From the IMG/VR virus record IMGVR_UViG_3300045988_171251: a stretch of DNA of 37,540 nt; one strand, 5' to 3'. This DNA comes from a virus. The notes under the pieces were generated by a model that ran no database searches, was not told the DNA's origin, and was given only the letters and a program-made list of their open reading frames with translations. Positions 16,249 to 24,169 of the stretch are shown here, piece after piece; position 1 is the stretch's first letter; the number at the start of each line of letters is the position of its first letter. Made by a program: the position numbers and the translations under genes.

Positions 16249-16959
16249 ATGAATCAGTTAGAAATTATTGAACATGAAGGAATAAGAGTTTTAACAACTC
16301 AGCAACTGTCAGAAGTTTATGAGACTTCAACAGAAAATATTAAACAGAATTTCAAGAGAAATAAAGAACGTTTTAATGAGGGACGTGACTATTATTTATT
16401 AAAAGGTGAACAGCTTAAAGAATTTTTGCAGGTGACTAATAGTCACTTACAAAATCAATCAAAAATCAGAAGCATGTATTTATGGACAGAACGTGGAGCA
16501 AACCGCCACAGTAAAATCCTTGATACCGATATGGCATGGAAACAGTTTGATGTATTAGAAGAAACGTATTTCAAAGTAAAAAGCATGTCAGCAATGCAGT
16601 TGTTGAAATTACAAAATAAGGCATTAGTTGAAGTTGATGAAAAAGTTGAGCATATTGACAGTCGCGTAACTAATCTAGAAAACACAACTACCGTAGACAG
16701 TAGAAAGCAGTACACACTAAGAAAAATAGCGAGTGCAACAGCAGTTAGAGTCTTGGGAGGTAAAGACAGTCAGGCATATTTAGAGCTTCATCATAAGGTG
16801 TTCTGTCAACTTTGGCGTGATTACAAGGATTATTTCAAAATTCCAAGTTACCGCGATACCCTAAAGATAGACTTCGAAAGAGCTAAAGAATACCTGCAGG
16901 GATGGAGACCTGATCATAATCTAGAGATTGAAATTTCAAGTGTTAATGAGGTGGGCTAG
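16249..16959 (+). CDS. Antirepressor-like protein (ORF6N N-terminal domain plus ORF6C-like C-terminal domain).
   Basis: ATG 16249 with SD AAAGGAGG 6 nt upstream. N-terminal IEHEGIRVLTTQQLSEVYETS...GRDYYLLKGEQLKEF. C-terminal ...YLELHHKVFCQLWRDYKDYFKIPSYRD. Confidence 0.55.
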   Translation: MNQLEIIEHEGIRVLTTQQLSEVYETSTENIKQNFKRNKERFNEGRDYYLLKGEQLKEFLQVTNSHLQNQSKIRSMYLWTERGANRHSKILDTDMAWKQFDVLEETYFKVKSMSAMQLLKLQNKALVEVDEKVEHIDSRVTNLENTTTVDSRKQYTLRKIASATAVRVLGGKDSQAYLELHHKVFCQLWRDYKDYFKIPSYRDTLKIDFERAKEYLQGWRPDHNLEIEISSVNEVG

Positions 16960-17436
16960 ATGTCAAAACATCCAACGAGAGAGATTTTAGAGAGTGGTGG
17001 TATTGTTGAAGGTGAAGCGTTTGAATTAATGTTAAAAGAGGAATCACAAAGTGAAGTTATTAAGGAACTAAAAGAAATAAATCAGCACCTTATGGATATT
17101 AAGATACTGATGGGGTATAAAGATAAATTATATTGTGACTCTAATATTATTGATGAAAACAAAAAAGAGTATAAGCAAAATTCTAATGATATAGATATTG
17201 AACTGTATCTAGAGAGTATTAAAAGTAATAAAACACTTTTTAATGCAGAGATATTTCTTGACAGGATTTTGAATGTGGAACTCTGCAAAATGTTAAATAT
17301 GTTGTATCTTGACTGTAAAACTGAATGCGGATATTTCAACAAAGAGATTTTTATGAGAATGAGTGAAAATCTATATAAAAAAATATCAACCCGTTATGAG
17401 GGACTGGTGAATGCTTATAGCAATGGTGAAAAATAA
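16960..17436 (+). CDS. Hypothetical early protein.
   Basis: Continuous ORF with ATGA overlap to the upstream gene. No recognisable motif. Confidence 0.45.
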   Translation: MSKHPTREILESGGIVEGEAFELMLKEESQSEVIKELKEINQHLMDIKILMGYKDKLYCDSNIIDENKKEYKQNSNDIDIELYLESIKSNKTLFNAEIFLDRILNVELCKMLNMLYLDCKTECGYFNKEIFMRMSENLYKKISTRYEGLVNAYSNGEK

Positions 17437-17454
17437 ATCAAAAAGGAGTTACAT

Positions 17455-17673
17455 ATGGATATAGTAAAAGCAATTAAACAGGCTCAAACTGAAAATAAGT
17501 GTATCGCATTACCTAATAACGAGCAATGTATGGGAAATGGGTACAGGTTAAAATTAAAGCCATATCCAAATAACCTGATTTGTTTCGAATTTTATGGTGT
17601 GCAAAGAGCAATATCTCAGTACAGTATAGCTCCAAAAGAAATTATAAGTAATGATTGGATTATTGTAGACTAA
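17455..17673 (+). CDS. Hypothetical small protein.
   Basis: SD AAAGGAG upstream. 72-aa ORF. Confidence 0.45.
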   Translation: MDIVKAIKQAQTENKCIALPNNEQCMGNGYRLKLKPYPNNLICFEFYGVQRAISQYSIAPKEIISNDWIIVD

Positions 17674-17695
17674 AGCCATAGAAGGAGTGATTAGA

Positions 17696-17941
17696 ATGAA
17701 CGTAAATTTAGATTTAATAGGCTTGGAAATAAAAGAACAGGCTGATTCACTTGTCAGGGATTTATATAACGAATTAAAGAAAGAATGTGAAACATATGAT
17801 CAAATAGATGAAAAAATAAAAAAGATTATTAAATCCTTAATCTGGAGTGGGACATGTAATCTATGTTTTACAAAATATTTGAATGAAGAACTAAAAATAA
17901 TGTTAGAGCGTGAAAAAAGTGCGTTACAAATAGATGAATAA
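17696..17941 (+). CDS. Hypothetical small protein.
   Basis: SD GAAGGAG 8 nt before ATG 17696. The 3' end lies in a 9-bp-stem hairpin (17916-17946) shared with the convergent gene. Confidence 0.45.
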   Translation: MNVNLDLIGLEIKEQADSLVRDLYNELKKECETYDQIDEKIKKIIKSLIWSGTCNLCFTKYLNEELKIMLEREKSALQIDE

Positions 17942-17954
17942 CGCACTAAGAAAA

Positions 17955-18218
17955 TTAAATTAATTCAATTTTTACAATTGTTTTTGAACCATAAACTACA
18001 TTGTAATCATAATTCAAATAAAAGAAATCATTATTACAAACAAAATTCATAATTGAAGGGATTAACCCATTATGTATGTGAGTTTCAATTTTAATAGTCT
18101 TATCCATCGATGTAAATGGTTCATCTATATCATTTATACACGTAATTGGTATTATTTCATCTCCTTCGTTTAATATTAAATTCTCGTTATTAGAAAAGGT
18201 AATTTTAGCTTTATTCAT
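17955..18218 (-). CDS. Hypothetical protein encoded opposite to the early operon (moron-like).
   Basis: SD GAGGTG 5 nt before the ATG at 18218. Compositionally ordinary 87-aa ORF. Confidence 0.45.
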   Translation of the reverse strand: MNKAKITFSNNENLILNEGDEIIPITCINDIDEPFTSMDKTIKIETHIHNGLIPSIMNFVCNNDFFYLNYDYNVVYGSKTIVKIELI

Positions 18219-18244
18219 TATTTCACCTCGCTTTCATTTGAATT

Positions 18245-18330
18245 TCGACATGGCAGTGTCGATATATAAATTATAGCATTAAAAACCTTGGTCGGTTAAC
18301 TAAGCATAAAACATATAGCTTGGTCGGTTA
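18245..18330. promoter_or_regulatory. Divergent regulatory region: palindrome TCGACATGGCAGTGTCGA (18245-18262) plus two 12-bp direct repeats CTTGGTCGGTTA (18287-18298 and 18319-18330, 32-bp phasing).
   Basis: Read directly from the sequence. The region lies between the divergent genes 17955..18218(-) and 18358..18651(+). Each repeat is followed by an AT-rich box. Confidence 0.5.
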
Positions 18331-18357
18331 TTAAATTTGTGGAAAGGAGCAGTAACA

Positions 18358-18651
18358 ATGCGTAAAACGAAAGAGAATATAAATAATATAAGAGAAGAAA
18401 TTATATTTCAGGGACATGCCAATACTCAGGAAATACAGGCATTTATCCCATGCGGATACAAAGAAGCAACAAAGATAAAAAATGAAATTATTGAAAAAAT
18501 AAAAAAGAACGGCAAGACAGTGCTTGTTAGCGGGAGACGTGTATATATTAAACCGGTTCATCTTTTAGATTATATTGATATGACCGAGAAGCAGATACAT
18601 GAATACGCAAAAATGGAACGTGAAAAAGCTGCTATGTCCAGTAGCAGCTAA
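18358..18651 (+). CDS. Hypothetical protein (possible small regulator).
   Basis: SD GGAAAGGAG 8 nt before ATG 18358. The track's upstream start at 18337 lacks an RBS. Confidence 0.45.
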   Translation: MRKTKENINNIREEIIFQGHANTQEIQAFIPCGYKEATKIKNEIIEKIKKNGKTVLVSGRRVYIKPVHLLDYIDMTEKQIHEYAKMEREKAAMSSSS

Positions 18652-18709
18652 TCAATGAAACCACGTTAATTATAGACTATAAAAAGGAGTGTGTCAAAGA
18701 GTATCGAAA

Positions 18710-18847
18710 ATGGAAAAGTACATTAACAGGTTTAATGCCAGAGGTTTCTATACGATCGTTTTAATTATAATTTTGGTAGGTTTTATAGCTGCGGGAGCTT
18801 CAGGTATCATTCTCGATTTTATCGTCGGGATAATAAAAAATATATAG
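18710..18847 (+). CDS. 45-aa single-TM micro-protein (MEKYINRFNARGFYTIVLIIILVGFIAAGASGIILDFIVGIIKNI). Not in the ORF track.
   Basis: ATG 18710. A hydrophobic helix flanked by charged residues. A weak hairpin and T-run follow at 18855-18885. Confidence 0.3.
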   Translation: MEKYINRFNARGFYTIVLIIILVGFIAAGASGIILDFIVGIIKNI

Positions 18848-18913
18848 GTTTTTAACAGTGTTTTTAGGGTACTGTTTTTATTTGCACCATTTTTAGGAAA
18901 AAGGAGGGATTTT

Positions 18914-19417
18914 ATGGATAAAATCAAAGCGGAAATGGATTCTTCTCAAAATCCATGGATAAAAAAAATAGGTAATTATCTTTTATCAAGAAATGATTTA
19001 GAGGATAAATTGAATAATCAAAATAAGAGTTTAAAGGAGTGTTTTGATTATATTTTAATTGAGATATCAAAGCGGAGCGTAAAAGAGGGCGTTACTGGTT
19101 ATGCTGCCGGTGAAGATGATGAAATATACTCACTTGCTGTTCACTATTTTGATGAAGATAATCTTGAAATTGGAAAGAAGGATTTTACTACCAATGCAGA
19201 CGGCAGTGCGGAACTGTCAAGATTAATGCCAAAGGAACAAGATGTTAAGGAGCATGCAAAAGATATTGATGCAATTGTCAATCAAAAGGTAAAGGCTGAA
19301 CTTGAAAAAATCCGGGAGGAAGAAAAAGTAAAAAAACAGAAGAGAGAAGAGTTAAAAAAAGCAGCTAAAAAACATAAAGAGGATATGGAAAGAGCACAGA
19401 TGTCACTCTTCGATTAG
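18914..19417 (+). CDS. PcfK-like protein (tentative).
   Basis: SD AAAGGAGGG. ~165 aa with a charged C-terminal helix. Directly precedes the PcfJ-like gene, matching the pcfK-pcfJ order known from pCF10-type elements. Confidence 0.35.
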   Translation: MDKIKAEMDSSQNPWIKKIGNYLLSRNDLEDKLNNQNKSLKECFDYILIEISKRSVKEGVTGYAAGEDDEIYSLAVHYFDEDNLEIGKKDFTTNADGSAELSRLMPKEQDVKEHAKDIDAIVNQKVKAELEKIREEEKVKKQKREELKKAAKKHKEDMERAQMSLFD

Positions 19418-19426
19418 GTTGATTAT

Positions 19427-20839
19427 ATGGCAAATAAATTAAGTGAAAGTGACAAATTACTAAACAGACTGTCAAAATTGAAATTAAAACAGTACAAGGC
19501 CACGGATTTTAAAGAATATATGATAAGTGATGATGATCCATCCTGGAAACGCCCAAAAAAAGATACTGAAGTTTACGGATTCTATGTTGCAGTTTATGAA
19601 AAATGGAAAAATCGGATTATATGCCGTACCTTTTATATTTCGCAAAGATGGCTACATAAAGAGAAAGTTACAGATATATTTGAGGTTAAAAGGCAACTGT
19701 CTGGATGCAGCTACCAGCTAACACGGAGACTTTATGCTTCTATGGGTGGTGGAATCAAATGCTGGACATATGATTACTCATATCCTTTCGATTATCGAAA
19801 CAATAATGAATGGCAGATTCATAAGATTGGGACTTTTGATGTAAGTACAGAAGGCAGCATGTATTATGGACAGCGCTGGAAAAGGAGCAACTATTTTATA
19901 CATACGTCTGCCGGTGAACTGGCTTCACTGCTTGAAAATTCTGTTTATAAATACAGTGGATTTGAATACAGTGTTTACAGCATTGATGAACTGTTTGAAT
20001 ATCTGTCCATTTATGATAAACATCCGGAGGTTGAAATGATATCAAAAATAGGCTTGTCTTATCTTCTCAAGGACGATTTAAGGGTACTAAGATGGTCTAA
20101 AAAAGGAACTGAGATTCTGGGCATTAAAAAATGTGATATCGAGCGTTTGAAAAAGCTGCATATCCCGCTAAAGGAATTCAAAAAGTATAGAGATCTGATA
20201 TATAAATTTAAGATAGAGGACCGCAGTGATTTTAATGAACTGTTAAAACTTATCGAAATATCAAAAATTAAATATGCGGATATTAATATAAGTGTTTATG
20301 CACTTGACTATTTTAAAATGCAGGGTACTTCTTTGTACATAATAAAAGATTATTACAGATTCTGTGAAGAACTAGGACTTCCGATGAATCACAGCAACAG
20401 GTATCCGGATAACATAGGAGAAGCTCACGACAGATTAATGATACAGATTGAGACAAAAAAATCTGCTAAAGATGACCTGATGATTAGAGAAAGGGTAAGC
20501 AACGAGTTATCTAAATATAGATTTGCTGATGATGATTTTGTTATTACACCAGCGAATTCAATCGCTGATCTAATAAATGAAAGTGCAAAACTTAATCACT
20601 GCGTAAGGACATATGATAAAAGGTATGCCAGTGGAGAAACCAGTATATTTCTTATTAGAAAGCGTGATGATGTAAACAGTCCGTTTTACACATTAGAACT
20701 GTCAAGTAAAAATGAAATAAAGCAGCTTCGAGGAAAAAATAACTGCACTGCTGTTAATGAGGTTTTAGATTTTGTTGAAGGGTGGAGAAGAAAATTTAAC
20801 TTAAAAAGCAGTATTTTAAAACAAAATGAAGATGCTTAG
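19427..20839 (+). CDS. PcfJ-like protein.
   Basis: C-terminal conserved block ...ADLINESAKLNHCVRTYDKRYASGETSIFLIRK resembles the PcfJ domain signature (HCV..Y....G...IF.IR). Confidence 0.5.
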   Translation: MANKLSESDKLLNRLSKLKLKQYKATDFKEYMISDDDPSWKRPKKDTEVYGFYVAVYEKWKNRIICRTFYISQRWLHKEKVTDIFEVKRQLSGCSYQLTRRLYASMGGGIKCWTYDYSYPFDYRNNNEWQIHKIGTFDVSTEGSMYYGQRWKRSNYFIHTSAGELASLLENSVYKYSGFEYSVYSIDELFEYLSIYDKHPEVEMISKIGLSYLLKDDLRVLRWSKKGTEILGIKKCDIERLKKLHIPLKEFKKYRDLIYKFKIEDRSDFNELLKLIEISKIKYADINISVYALDYFKMQGTSLYIIKDYYRFCEELGLPMNHSNRYPDNIGEAHDRLMIQIETKKSAKDDLMIRERVSNELSKYRFADDDFVITPANSIADLINESAKLNHCVRTYDKRYASGETSIFLIRKRDDVNSPFYTLELSSKNEIKQLRGKNNCTAVNEVLDFVEGWRRKFNLKSSILKQNEDA

Positions 20840-20845
20840 AAAGGG

Positions 20846-21034
20846 ATGATATTTATGCCAAAACCGCCGGTTAAGTATCTATTGCTAGATATTAATGATG
20901 TTACAAATGTTTGCGGTTCTATATGGAGTGATGAGCTTAGTAAGCTGTTGAAAATAAAGCCAATCTATTTACCTGTATGGTTGTGCCACAATGGTGTTTT
21001 GGAAGGTAAGTATTACGTTGTAGAAGATGTTTAA
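20846..21034 (+). CDS. Hypothetical small protein.
   Basis: 62-aa ORF in the operon, overlapping the next ORF by 8 nt. Confidence 0.35.
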   Translation: MIFMPKPPVKYLLLDINDVTNVCGSIWSDELSKLLKIKPIYLPVWLCHNGVLEGKYYVVEDV

Positions 21035-21212
21035 ATACAACATTTACATAGAAAGTGAGGTAATTGTACTACCCTTAGTTATTTATGCAGAAACAAGGGA
21101 AATAGCCTATAAAAAGGCAGTAAAACAGTTTAGAAAGATATTTAAAAAGAAGAAAATTACAAGAGTTACTATCCACAAAGATCATTATTATTTTGGTGGA
21201 TTCGAATATTAA
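21027..21212 (+). CDS. Hypothetical small basic protein.
   Basis: 61-aa ORF, coupled to the preceding ORF. Confidence 0.35.
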   Translation: MFKYNIYIESEVIVLPLVIYAETREIAYKKAVKQFRKIFKKKKITRVTIHKDHYYFGGFEY

Positions 21213-21232
21213 AAAAAGAAAGGTTGAGAGAA

Positions 21233-21787
21233 ATGAAAAGCATTAAAGAAAACAGTAAAACATTATTATTAATTGTAGGAGGGGTTATTTCGGTAATTAT
21301 ATGCTGCTTTATCTGGATACAGACTACAGCGAATACAGCAATAGGATATGAGGAAAAAGTATCAAAAACTTTATCAGATATAAATGTTCAAGAAAAGCGA
21401 AGAATCGATCTTGTTTATAATCTTGCTGACTGTGTCAAAAATTATGATCAGCACGAAGCTGAAACACTAAAGGAAATAGCCGAAACACGGAGCAACACTG
21501 ATGAAATTGAGAATGTAAATACAATGATTAAAGCAACAGCTGAGGCATACCCGGATTTAAAAGCTGATAAAAATTATCAACAGTTTATGACCGAACTGTC
21601 AACAACAGAGAATTTAATAGCACAGCATAGAAAAAATCACAATTCATCTGTTGAGTCATATAACCGTTATGTAAAGAAATTCCCGCAAAGATTTTTTTTA
21701 TCGCTAGTGGGATATGAAAAAAAAGAATTTAAATATTTAGAATACAGTGCTTCAAGTGATGCTCCGCAAGATTTATTCGGTGAATAA
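21233..21787 (+). CDS. lemA: LemA family membrane protein.
   Basis: N-terminal TM helix. Motifs QEKRRIDLV, HEAETL, EAYPDLKA, ENLIAQHRKNHN, YNRYVKKFPQRFF and GYEKKEF are typical LemA signatures. ATG 21233 after AAGAAAGG. Confidence 0.8.
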   Translation: MKSIKENSKTLLLIVGGVISVIICCFIWIQTTANTAIGYEEKVSKTLSDINVQEKRRIDLVYNLADCVKNYDQHEAETLKEIAETRSNTDEIENVNTMIKATAEAYPDLKADKNYQQFMTELSTTENLIAQHRKNHNSSVESYNRYVKKFPQRFFLSLVGYEKKEFKYLEYSASSDAPQDLFGE

Positions 21788-21788
21788 A

Positions 21789-22541
21789 ATGAAATGGGAC
21801 AAGAAAGCATTTTCCATTAATGGTATAGAGATAAAGGCCAGAGAATTGATTTTCTGTATCACAATACTAGCTGTAATGATTTTTGTCGGTTTGTTAATAA
21901 ACGGAGCAATGGAGCAATCAAAAATAGATAAAGATGATCAGTATTTAAGTGCTTTGAAAGTAACAGATAAAGAAATGTTTGAATATGGTATCAATACCAA
22001 TGTTGGGGATGCATTTGCATATTCTACATTAGAAGCTGTTGATACTGTTACATATCCGGAAATTGGTGACAAATATATGTACATCGAAAAAGTAGAACAA
22101 CATTACACTATGCATACTAGAACGGTTTGCAGTGGGAGCGGCAAAAACAGAACATGTCGAACCGAAACATATTGGACGTGGGATACTGTAAGCCGGGAAT
22201 CTAAACATAGTAAAAAAATTAAATTTTATGATCATGTGTTTCCTTATAATAAGATAGATATGCCTGAAAGCAGGTATTTAAAGACAATTCATGAATCTGG
22301 AACAATAAGATATAAATATTATATTTTAAAGACAAAGTATAAAGGTACCATTTTTACTTCATTCAAAAATAATACAATCGAAGATAATTCAAAATTTTAT
22401 AAAAACAAAAAAATAAATGATGCTGTAGAAAGTTTAACCAGTGAAGACACATCATTAGTCGTATTTAGAATAATCTGGACAATTTTAACGATAGGTTCAG
22501 TGATTGGATTCATAGCAGCAGATAATAAATGGCTTGATTAA
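21789..22541 (+). CDS. Two-TM membrane protein encoded immediately after LemA (candidate LemA partner). The domain between the TM helices carries a CxSGSGKNRTC motif.
   Basis: ATG 21789, two nt after the LemA stop. TM helices ELIFCITILAVMIFVGLLI and VVFRIIWTILTIGSVIGFIAA. The track's longer start at 21747 overlaps LemA. Confidence 0.55.
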   Translation: MKWDKKAFSINGIEIKARELIFCITILAVMIFVGLLINGAMEQSKIDKDDQYLSALKVTDKEMFEYGINTNVGDAFAYSTLEAVDTVTYPEIGDKYMYIEKVEQHYTMHTRTVCSGSGKNRTCRTETYWTWDTVSRESKHSKKIKFYDHVFPYNKIDMPESRYLKTIHESGTIRYKYYILKTKYKGTIFTSFKNNTIEDNSKFYKNKKINDAVESLTSEDTSLVVFRIIWTILTIGSVIGFIAADNKWLD

Positions 22542-22572
22542 AAGGAGTAGTAAATTTAGAGGATAGAAAACC

Positions 22573-22680
22573 ATAAAAACTATTTTTATTAAAAATTCTC
22601 TCTAATCCGTTGGTACATATGGGGTTAGAGAGAAAATATAAATGCAATATAATATATAGGTTATATTGCACCAAAGGGGT
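22573..22680 (+). repeat. Copy A of a conserved ~110-bp two-hairpin leader element. Hairpin 1 is 22597-22633, hairpin 2 is 22643-22670. It ends in SD AAAGGGG ahead of the TTG at 22687.
   Basis: Near-identical to 28629-28740 in both stems and the flanks, with different loops. Confidence 0.75.
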
Positions 22681-22686
22681 GATAAA

Positions 22687-23337
22687 TTGGCAAGACGAAT
22701 AAAGCATTTTGGCGGTCAGCATGAAACCTTACCAATAAAAGACAAAAAGCAGCTTGATGAATTTATGTTCAATCTTCTAAGGAAAAGAGACAAAGCAAAA
22801 ACGCCAATCAAAAAATACCAAGCTGATCGTAACTGGATGATGTGCATGTTAGGCTTTAATACAGCTTTCAGAGCCGAAGATTTACTTCAACTAAGGGTAA
22901 TAGACGTAAAAAAAGGATACGTGCATATAAAGGAAAATAAGACCGCTAAGATGCAAAATTTTAAGATGAATAAGAAACTGCATAATGATGTTCTGGATTA
23001 CATAAATAGAAACAATCTAACAGACTATGATTATTTGTTTCTTGGACAAAAGAAGGTTCAGAAAGGTAAGAAATACGTTTATCCTATAACGCGACAGCGT
23101 GCACATAAAATTGTATCTAGAAATGCGAAGGAAGTGGGCATCGATTTTACTTTTGGTATGCACAGTTTAAGAAAAACATTCGGATATCAGTATTATGCCA
23201 ATGGTGGTAATCTTCTAACTCTTATGAAGATGTATAACCACGATGAACCCAATGTAACACTCCTGTATATTTGTTGGGGTAAAGAAGATGCGGAAAATGA
23301 TAGAGAAGCAGTTTACTTAGGAGGCGTACATAAATGA
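22687..23337 (+). CDS. Minimal tyrosine recombinase (catalytic domain only, ~216 aa).
   Basis: Catalytic residues: R in FRAEDLLQLRV, K in the IKENKTAKMQNFKM hairpin, HSLRKTFG (H, R), H in MYNHDEP, Y in TLLYICW. TTG 22687 after AAAGGGGTG, parallel to the copy-B arrangement. The track's start at 22666 lies inside hairpin 2. Confidence 0.6.
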   Translation: MARRIKHFGGQHETLPIKDKKQLDEFMFNLLRKRDKAKTPIKKYQADRNWMMCMLGFNTAFRAEDLLQLRVIDVKKGYVHIKENKTAKMQNFKMNKKLHNDVLDYINRNNLTDYDYLFLGQKKVQKGKKYVYPITRQRAHKIVSRNAKEVGIDFTFGMHSLRKTFGYQYYANGGNLLTLMKMYNHDEPNVTLLYICWGKEDAENDREAVYLGGVHK

Positions 23338-23450
23338 TAAGTGATTTTTGGTTAGGTGTGATCCTGACCATTGCAGCAGAAGCAATAATAACAATTTTAA
23401 TCATTGATTATTTAGGTCAGAAAGAAAAGGATGATGAAAATGTTAAATAA
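23334..23450 (+). CDS. 38-aa TM micro-protein coupled by ATGA overlap to the recombinase gene (MISDFWLGVILTIAAEAIITILIIDYLGQKEKDDENVK). Not in the ORF track.
   Basis: SD AGGAGG 10 nt upstream. Stop-start overlap ATGA. Confidence 0.35.
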   Translation: MISDFWLGVILTIAAEAIITILIIDYLGQKEKDDENVK

Positions 23451-23657
23451 ATTGATTTTATTTTTAATTAGAAAGAAACTTCATTTAAAAAAGTTTCAAC
23501 AATTTTATTTTAGTAATCAGGCAATTAAAATAGAAAAATATTATTTTGATAATTATGGTATTATGAAAATTTCAGTTTGTGGATTAGTCAAATCAAATTT
23601 ATCACTTAATTTCTTATTATCTGATGAGTGCAGGATCTTAATTAGGAGATAGGAATA

Positions 23658-23852
23658 ATGAAAAATAATGGCGTTTATAAGCACTGCATGAATTGTAAAT
23701 ATTTTAGATATAGTCATGTACATAATAGCGATTCTAAAAGTTATGTGTGTGAAATAAAGCATAAGTATTTTGATTTCTTTTGTAGATTAAGAGCCAAGTG
23801 GTGCAAATATTTTAAAGAAGGAGAAACAAAATTTTGGAAAATAAAGAAATAA
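23658..23852 (+). CDS. Small Cys-rich (zinc-binding-like) protein.
   Basis: SD TAGGAG. CMNC...C...C...C pattern. Confidence 0.5.
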   Translation: MKNNGVYKHCMNCKYFRYSHVHNSDSKSYVCEIKHKYFDFFCRLRAKWCKYFKEGETKFWKIKK

Positions 23853-24163
23853 CATTAGAACAAGCAATAGTTTTTTTAGAAATGAATGCATATGAAGGAA
23901 GCAATGCAAAAGCTGTTTTACGTATGGGTGATGTACATGAGGTATTAAAACCTATAAAGGGATTAATCGATAAATCGGCCAAAATGGAAAGACATATCAA
24001 ACGGTTGGAGCGACAAAATAAAAGACTGTTAAAAAGAGAAGAACCTCAAGAGCCATACATAATTGAGGGAAAAAAGTTTTGTCCTGAATGTGGTGATGAA
24101 TTGACCGACGTTGATCCAGACTTGTTTGAATACTGTTTTTATTGTGGAACGAAATTATATTAG
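23834..24163 (+). CDS. Protein with a C-terminal zinc ribbon (CPECG-x17-CFYCG).
   Basis: ORF plus a motif paralogous to that of the next gene. Confidence 0.55.
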   Translation: MENKEITLEQAIVFLEMNAYEGSNAKAVLRMGDVHEVLKPIKGLIDKSAKMERHIKRLERQNKRLLKREEPQEPYIIEGKKFCPECGDELTDVDPDLFEYCFYCGTKLY

Positions 24164-24169
24164 ATTGGA

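Noticed and set aside
19527-19721. Alternative-frame small ORFs nested in large genes (19527..19721 in the PcfJ-like gene, 27391..27576 in dnaB, 32779..33003 and 32807..33235 in portal, 35348..35788 opposite the head genes, 36994..37317 opposite the major tail gene).
   Set aside because: They are fully embedded in strongly supported CDSs, lack an RBS and have low-complexity products.
21195-21210. The tRNA T-loop-like string GGTGGATTCGAAT.
   Set aside because: It lies inside a coding ORF (21027..21212, ...GGFEY) with no acceptor or anticodon arms around it. No tRNA or tmRNA genes were found anywhere in the window.
23431-23652. A 73-aa + strand ORF (MMKMLNKLILF...) downstream of the recombinase gene.
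   Set aside because: It may be real, but its product is low-complexity and it overlaps the better-formed 38-aa coupled micro-ORF (23334..23450) in another frame. It is left uncalled.
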